Assembly: GCA_046313635.1 (NCBI GenBank)
Contig: JBKBYA010000003.1
Span: forward strand, 160,001 to 224,000
Length of the DNA stretch: 64,000 nt
Source of the DNA: Pyrinomonadaceae bacterium
Lineage (GTDB): Bacteria > Acidobacteriota > Blastocatellia > Pyrinomonadales > Pyrinomonadaceae
Direction of reading: 5' to 3'
In this document: one piece after another, positions 58,482 to 64,000 of the stretch
How positions within the stretch are numbered: the stretch's first letter is position 1
How the letters are laid out: each line of letters opens with the position of its first letter
The notes under the pieces: generated by a model
Database searches by the model: none
What the model saw: only the letters and a program-made list of their open reading frames with translations
What the model was told of the DNA's origin: nothing
Program-made: the position numbers and the translations under genes

Positions 58482-58647
58482 GCGAATCCCAAACGCGGCG
58501 GAGAGAACCTACGCCAATTCGTTCTTGTATACGCCGGATGGCAAGATCGAAAGACTGAGACTTGGAAATGGGCTGTGGGAAAGAGCGACCTTCAACACAC
58601 GGCTGCAGGTCACCTCATTGAATCTCGGCCGCGGTCTGGAGGGCGAT
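58482..58647 (+). pseudogene. Orphan Rhs core fragment
   Basis: YANSFLYTPDGKIERLRLGNGLWERATFNTRLQVTSLNLG aligns with YVSNFSYTASGGISQMRLGNGRWETAKFNTRLQVTELGLG of the intact Rhs; cut by the IS. Confidence 0.85.
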
Positions 58648-59574
58648 TGAGCTACCCCCTATTCTTGTTACCGATCTAAACTAGAGGATTCCGGGTTTCC
58701 TGATGTTTCTGAACCACCTCATTCGGGGTCAGGCCGCACAGCGCGCTGTGCGGCCTGAATCCGTTGTAATCATCCCTGAATGCCCGGATCTTCTCGACCG
58801 CATCTTCGATCGACAGGAACCAGTTGACGTTCAGGCACTCGTCGCGAAAGCTGCCGTTGAACGACTCGATGAATGCGTTATCCGTAGGCTTTCCGGGCCT
58901 TGAGAAGTCCAGCGTGACATCGTTCGCGTAGGCCCAGTGGTCAAGCACCTTTGAGATGAACTCGCTGCCGTTATCGACCTGTATTCGTTTCGGCACAATG
59001 CCTCTCGTTCGCTTGATCCGATCCATAACATTCACCACATCGGGGCCTTTCAGGGACTGGCCGACCTCGATCTCCAGACATTCGCGGCTAAAATTATCGA
59101 CTAAAGTTAAGACCCGGAAACGGCGCCCGTCGAACAGCTGATCTGCCACGAAGTCCATGCTCCAACACTCATGCGGACCAGTAAGAACTGGCTGTTGCAT
59201 TCTATGGGCCGCCGCCTTTCGCCTTCTCGGCCTCTTCCGTCGCAGGTTCAAACCCTCTTCCTTGTATATGCGGTACGTTCGCTTGTGGTTGTCCCGCCAG
59301 CCTTCACGTCTGAGAACCGTGTGGATCCGCCAGAAACCGTATCTTACCCGCGTTTCCGCGATCTCTCTTATCCGCTGCCTCACCGCCCGGTCGTCCCTCG
59401 GCCGCTCGATATACCGGAACACTTTCCGCGAGATCGCCACCACCGAACACGCCCGGCTCTCCGAGACCCGGTATGCATCCAGCAACCACCTTACTAACTG
59501 CTTTTTCTGCTTTGCCTTCAGACACTTTTTTTTAACACGTCCTGCAGCATCTGCTTGTCCAGGCTCAGATCCGC
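58648..59574 (-). mobile_element. IS3-family insertion sequence, left end deleted
   Basis: End TGAGCTACCCCCT; intact OrfB; OrfA reduced to ADLSLDKQMLQDVLKKSV*; A8G slippery site at 59525-59533. Confidence 0.9.
58676..59533 (-). pseudogene. IS3 transposase OrfB (rve/DDE), lacking most of OrfA
   Basis: RYGFWRI, WSMDF, VDNGSEF, PGKPTDNAFIESFNG.FRDECLN. Confidence 0.88.
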
Positions 59575-59658
59575 GCGGATTGTATGAGGTCACGCCTCAA
59601 CAACAGAATCCAAAGAATCCGGCTGATATTTACTTTCCATAAAACTTAAAGGCTTTGT

Positions 59659-60195
59659 ATGCGAAATTTGATAAGTTTTCTAATAGTTCTAAGTTTCTCC
59701 ATTTGCTGTTTCGCTCAATCGAATAGCAAAGCGGTGGATTCGTGTGAGAATGTTCGATTGGATTCTAAGAAACCGAGCGTTTTTATCACTTTTGAAAGGT
59801 TCTGGGAAAGAACATCCAACGAAGAAAGTAACAAGGAAATTTGGTTAAGGCTGCACAACAACACGAAATGGAATTTATTCGTAAAAGCAATTGGTCAGGA
59901 CAAAGAAAATTCCGTTTACGGATTGACGTATGAAGTGCAAAGAGTACGAAATCCAGAAGTCAACAAAAATATTGATGTCCCTGTCGGCAGACGACAAGCT
60001 CACGTGGGCAGCATTCATAGAATTGAATCTGGAAAATCCATTTTGTTCAGCGTTCCTAAACAGCATCTGACCGCTGGACTTGCTGTGTTTGTTTCTTTCA
60101 GCTATGAATGGGAGGTACTAGGTAAATTTGGCGGCGACCTTTCTATATTGCATCAAGCCCCTTTTTGGTCAACTGACTTGCCACCCGAAAAGTAA
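59659..60195 (+). CDS. AT-rich exported protein, candidate orphan immunity protein
   Basis: Signal peptide (CFA-Q), WLRLHNNTKW; follows a short ORF tail; terminator after. Confidence 0.75.
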   Translation: MRNLISFLIVLSFSICCFAQSNSKAVDSCENVRLDSKKPSVFITFERFWERTSNEESNKEIWLRLHNNTKWNLFVKAIGQDKENSVYGLTYEVQRVRNPEVNKNIDVPVGRRQAHVGSIHRIESGKSILFSVPKQHLTAGLAVFVSFSYEWEVLGKFGGDLSILHQAPFWSTDLPPEK

Positions 60196-60218
60196 AGCTA
60201 TTTTATCTTTCTAAAGTC

Positions 60219-60249
60219 AAAAAGGCGTGATGTTCAATCACGCCTTTTG
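60219..60249. terminator. Bidirectional terminator
   Basis: AAAAGGCGTGA/TCACGCCTTTT hairpin. Confidence 0.75.
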
Positions 60250-60417
60250 CTTTTCCGCTTGCCTTTGCTGGCGAACGAACGCCGAGACGAACTCGACCAC
60301 CTCATCTTGCTGACGACGCGGCAGATTGGAGACTTCTTCAGAATCGGGGTCAGGCCTACTTTGTTGACGATTCTACTTTTCTTGCCTGGCCTTTGTTGAT
60401 ATAAGAACGGTCATATT

Positions 60418-60883
60418 ATGGCCAGAAAACCGAGGCTTGAGGTTGAGGGCGGACTTTATCACTTGATCACTCGCGGGGTCGAACGGCGGGACATTTTTCA
60501 CGCGGCGGACGACTATCGGAAATTCCTCTCGCTGCTGGCCGTTCAAAAAGAAATAACAATCGGGGTCAGTTCTGCAATTGTTGCAATTCTTGGATTGGCT
60601 CTCGTTTCGAAATACAAATGATGCGGCCGAGGTCATATGGCATGGTATCCGAGGGCCGAGGTCGAGGGCGGCCTGGGAATCCTTGATGGCTGCGTCGAGG
60701 CTCGTCGGCGCAAACAACCGCAAACTGTCCGACCTGACCAACCTTAATACCTCAAACGTCAGCCGGCGACACGACTCGGCCGTTCGTCGCACCAAAGAAG
60801 AAGACCGGTTTCGCAAACTCGTGGACAAGATCGTCACAGCCTACAGCAAGACCAAACGAGAATTGCACAAATTGCAGCACTGA
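60418..60883 (+). pseudogene. RAYT / Y1 (IS200-like HUH) transposase remnant with internal deletion
   Basis: N-terminus MARKPR...YHLITRGVERRDIF...DYRKFL; HUH/Tyr core absent; C-terminal helical (HTH-like) piece in another frame. Confidence 0.75.
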
Positions 60884-60888
60884 CCCCG
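60561..60888. mobile_element. 328-bp segment bounded by 30-bp inverted repeats (MITE/REPtron-like)
   Basis: CGGGGTCAGTTCTGCAATTGTTGCAATTCT vs AGAATTGCACAAATTGCAGCACTGACCCCG (27/30 complementary). Confidence 0.6.
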
Positions 60889-61013
60889 GTTCCTTATCCG
60901 TTCCGTCTGCTACCCCGTTACTTCTGCTGACCCCTTTACTTACGCAGCATTACCGAGCAATGAATGAGCAGCTTCCGGGCCGACTCAGGTAGACCTGATC
61001 CGCTCGGCGTCCT

Positions 61014-62819
61014 TTACGGCGTCTTGAGGAGCTGCTGCTTGCCGGCGATGGCCTGAGCGTATGCGCCGCCGGGGACGTCGGCTAGTTGGATCGCTTTGTC
61101 GTAGAGCTGCATCGCCATCGCGCGATCGTTGTAGAACTCGTAGATGCGGGCGAGTGCGACGTAGGTCAGCGAGATGAGTGCCTTGTCGGTCGACGGAGCG
61201 GCGGTCTTGAGGACCATCGAATAGGCGTTCTTTGCCTCGACGAGATAGCCGGCCTGCTCTTCGGCATCGTCGGTCGCGCCGGCGGAGAGCGTGGCGACGC
61301 GGCCGATGTTGTAGTAGATGCGGGCGTCGCCGGGATTTGAGCCGAGCAGGTCCTTGAGGTCTTTGCGGGCCTGGGCGTAGCTCTTGGCCTCGATCGTCTT
61401 TTGGATCTCGAGCAGGCGGGAAGTGACGGGATTTTCGATCACGGCCGTCTCTGCTTGCGCTCCGGCGGCGGCGATCCGCTTGCGGCGCTCTTCGCGTGCG
61501 GCGAGACCGCGCTTTCGGGCGTCGGCAAATTCGGCGAGGCGATCGGTTTCTTTCGCCGCGTCCAGTGACAGCACCATCTCGCGCATCGAGGCCGCGATGT
61601 CGAAGCCCGAATCCTCAAGCCCGCGGAGCTGCCGGGCAAAATAAAATGCGAGCACCGCGCCCTTCTCGTAATCTTCCGAAAGGTGGAGCGCGGTCTCGTC
61701 GGCGAGCGTCTGCTTGAGCTTTTCGAGCTCGGCCGTGACGGCGCGTTTCTCAGCGTCGGTCTTGAGGGTCGCGATCTTTTGCCGCGCGGCGGCGGTCGCA
61801 GCCTGTATCTGCGAATATTCGGATTGACGGGCGTCGACGGCTGCGACGAGCGAGCGCGACACCGCAAGATAAACGTCCGTCGAAACGCTCGCTCCCGCCT
61901 TGCGGCGTTCGTCGAGGAGCTGTCTGATCCCGGCCGAGACCGACGCGATCTCCTTTGCGTTTGAAAAGACCACCGCATCCGCGACGTACTGCAAAAACGC
62001 GCGGCGGGCCTCAGAGATGCTGAGGTCGGTGCCCGGCGGCACGATCACATAATAGTCGTCGCGAATATTCAGGAAAGTCGTATTCCCGGCAGGCATCAGC
62101 ATCTCGGGCACGATGAAGAAGCGCCGCTCGTGCTCGCGGGTCTCCGTCTTGTTGAGCACGGTGCGCTTCGAGCGCTGCGTCTCGACCTTGACGCGCTCGG
62201 TATAGATCGTCTGCGGCCGCGTGTGAAGGTAGCCGAGCAGCTCGGTGACCATCTCGCGGGCCGAGCCGCGCAGTGATGCGTCGGCCGTCTTCAAGTACTC
62301 CGCCGCGTAGCCGTCGATCTTTGCCCCGATGCCCGTGCGGCGATAGAACTCGCGAACTAGCGGCGCAAAATCCAGCACGTCGAGCAGCTCGCCCGGCAGA
62401 TCTGAAGTCACGACCGGATCGGCCAACTCCGGTGCCGGCGACAGCGAATATGCCATCGAGACGAAGGGAGCGATCGTCTCCGCGTCGCTCAGGCCGGGTC
62501 GCCGCTTGCGGTACTGCGCGACGAATGTCGAGATCTTTTGCCGCAGGTCGTCGGGCACGGTCAACTCGCTCTCGAGCCGCCGGCGAAACGCTTCGCCCGC
62601 GGGCGTGAGCGCCGCCTTGAAGGCGCGTTCGCCCTTCGCCGCATCGCCGGGCACGAGGGCCGCGTCGAGCGTCGCGAGCACGACGATCAGGCGTTTGTCC
62701 GGCTCGATCCTGACGCCGTAATTCGAGAGGTCGAGCACCGTCGAGGCCGGCGTGCCCTGCGCGCTCGCCGAGCCGGCCATACAAAGACAAGCAATGAACA
62801 GAAAAAGGACTCTTTTCAT
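61014..62819 (-). CDS. Secreted alpha-helical protein with C-terminal TPR repeats
   Basis: Signal peptide MKRVLFLFIACLCMAGSASAQ; ARIYYNIG, ALARIYE, YDKAI. Confidence 0.82.
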   Translation of the reverse strand: MKRVLFLFIACLCMAGSASAQGTPASTVLDLSNYGVRIEPDKRLIVVLATLDAALVPGDAAKGERAFKAALTPAGEAFRRRLESELTVPDDLRQKISTFVAQYRKRRPGLSDAETIAPFVSMAYSLSPAPELADPVVTSDLPGELLDVLDFAPLVREFYRRTGIGAKIDGYAAEYLKTADASLRGSAREMVTELLGYLHTRPQTIYTERVKVETQRSKRTVLNKTETREHERRFFIVPEMLMPAGNTTFLNIRDDYYVIVPPGTDLSISEARRAFLQYVADAVVFSNAKEIASVSAGIRQLLDERRKAGASVSTDVYLAVSRSLVAAVDARQSEYSQIQAATAAARQKIATLKTDAEKRAVTAELEKLKQTLADETALHLSEDYEKGAVLAFYFARQLRGLEDSGFDIAASMREMVLSLDAAKETDRLAEFADARKRGLAAREERRKRIAAAGAQAETAVIENPVTSRLLEIQKTIEAKSYAQARKDLKDLLGSNPGDARIYYNIGRVATLSAGATDDAEEQAGYLVEAKNAYSMVLKTAAPSTDKALISLTYVALARIYEFYNDRAMAMQLYDKAIQLADVPGGAYAQAIAGKQQLLKTP

Positions 62820-62974
62820 CCGAAGTACTGATGCCGAGAGGCTTTGAGACAATCCAGTGATGAAGCGGCCGACGCCGGGGATGCACGAGAACAATAAAAA
62901 TAAAGGATAAAGGACCGAGCAGGCCGATCCTTTATCCCCTGAATCCGAACATTCGCCGCCGCCGGCGTGACGGG

Positions 62975-63322
62975 TTAGCTAAAGCTCTTGAGAGCGTCGG
63001 CCTCTTCGTCGTAAACGTCAAAGACGGTAAGAAGCTTTGTGATCGCGAGCAGGTCCTGGATCTTTTGCGTAAGCTTCAGGAGCTTGAGCGTGCCGCCCTC
63101 TTTGTTGACGGCCGTAAAGCTCGAGACGAGCTCGCCGATGCCGCTCGAATCGATGTATCCGACGCCGGCCAGATTGAGCAGGATCTTGTTCTTGCCTTCG
63201 CCGAGAAGTCGACGGATCGCGTTGCGCAGCGCCACGCTGCCTTCGCCGATCGTGACTTTGCCTTCGAGATCAAGGATCGTTACGTCGCCTGCCTGGCGCT
63301 CGGAAATGTTGATATCAGCCAT
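62975..63322 (-). CDS. STAS-domain anti-sigma factor antagonist (RsbV/SpoIIAA-like)
   Basis: [26 protein letters not shown]. Confidence 0.93.
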   Translation of the reverse strand: MADINISERQAGDVTILDLEGKVTIGEGSVALRNAIRRLLGEGKNKILLNLAGVGYIDSSGIGELVSSFTAVNKEGGTLKLLKLTQKIQDLLAITKLLTVFDVYDEEADALKSFS

Positions 63323-63402
63323 TTTGTCTCCTCTTTTACTAAATGAATTGAAAGCCGATTTTAGACCACAACCTCTGAATGTCCAAACTTCGCCGTCTAG
63401 TC

Positions 63403-63813
63403 TCAGCGGCGCTTTAACATCCGCACCGTGACGCCGCCGTCGGCGTTGTTTGACCAGCCGATCTCGTCCATAAAGGACCGCATAAAGAGAATGCCGCGGC
63501 CGGTATTCTTGAGCAGATTTGCCGGGTCTGTCGGGTCAGGAACCTCATCGACGGCAAAGCCCTCGCCGTGGTCGCGCACCGAAACTTCAAACCCCTCGGC
63601 CGTATCTGCGAACGTGATCTCGACGCGCTTGGTCTCGGCAAACTTGTTGCCGTGCTTGACCGCATTCGCGACCGACTCGCGCACGGCGAGGTCGATCGCT
63701 GAAAGATATTCGTCGCCGTAGCTCCACTCGCGGGCGATGCGTTCAGCCTCGGCGGCAGCGTCCTCGACAGACTCTATCCTGCTCGGGAGCGAAAGTTCTT
63801 TTATCCTGGACAC
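63403..63813 (-). CDS. Anti-sigma factor Ser kinase (RsbW-like)
   Basis: [29 protein letters not shown]. Confidence 0.92.
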   Translation of the reverse strand: MSRIKELSLPSRIESVEDAAAEAERIAREWSYGDEYLSAIDLAVRESVANAVKHGNKFAETKRVEITFADTAEGFEVSVRDHGEGFAVDEVPDPTDPANLLKNTGRGILFMRSFMDEIGWSNNADGGVTVRMLKRR

Positions 63814-63890
63814 GGTTGATTCTCTGTAAATTATAGAGTCACGCGAGTTGCTGTCAAGACAAAGGCGCGACGGCGGTTTAGAATATCAGC

Positions 63891-64000
63891 GTGAGAGTCA
63901 GACCGGCCAAAAGTCTGCGGGGCGAGGTCGCCGTCCCGGGCGACAAATCCGTCTCGCACCGCGCGGCGATGTTTTCGGCGATCGCCGAGGGCGAGACGGT
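63891..64000 (+). CDS. aroA: EPSP synthase, 3'-truncated by window edge
   Basis: GTG start; [26 protein letters not shown]. Confidence 0.9.
   Translation, partial: MRVRPAKSLRGEVAVPGDKSVSHRAAMFSAIAEGET

Noticed and set aside
58676..59593. Intact 305-aa IS3 transposase as called by the ORF track
   Set aside because: Its N-terminus comes from non-IS flanking DNA; true OrfB depends on a frameshift from an OrfA that is mostly deleted.

Overview
GC-rich bacterial chromosomal window. Gene content and the abundant intergenic heptamer repeats suggest Acidobacteriota, Blastocatellia/Pyrinomonadaceae-like (inference). About 50 kb is housekeeping and accessory genes: a NarL/UvrY-type two-component pair, fabG, trmB, def, ferredoxin, glpX-ppsA, an S8 protease, a Ser/Thr kinase, an RqcH/NFACT protein, rlmB, ndh, a moeB-like gene, an aroD-aroE fusion, a MerR-controlled copper efflux cluster, tRNA-Val(CAC), a pilin, MoxR-DUF58, an ECF sigma/anti-sigma pair, an SbcC-like ATPase, rnhA, prmA and era. 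Positions 50.4-60.9 kb hold a polymorphic-toxin island. A candidate promoter with a G12 tract in its spacer precedes a membrane-anchored FG-GAP protein carrying one Rhs/YD-like hairpin, then a 1989-aa Rhs protein with a Sec-type signal peptide and a Zn-phospholipase C/P1-nuclease-like tip. These are followed by a candidate immunity gene, an orphan Rhs fragment, a truncated IS3, an orphan exported protein and a RAYT remnant. Non-coding highlights: two degenerate tandem units (GacA-box-like palindrome plus two-hairpin RNA candidate) just after the response regulator, and a ~105-nt minus-strand sRNA candidate with a good sigma70 promoter and terminator at 11.0 kb. All calls are by eye; no database searches or folding programs were run.
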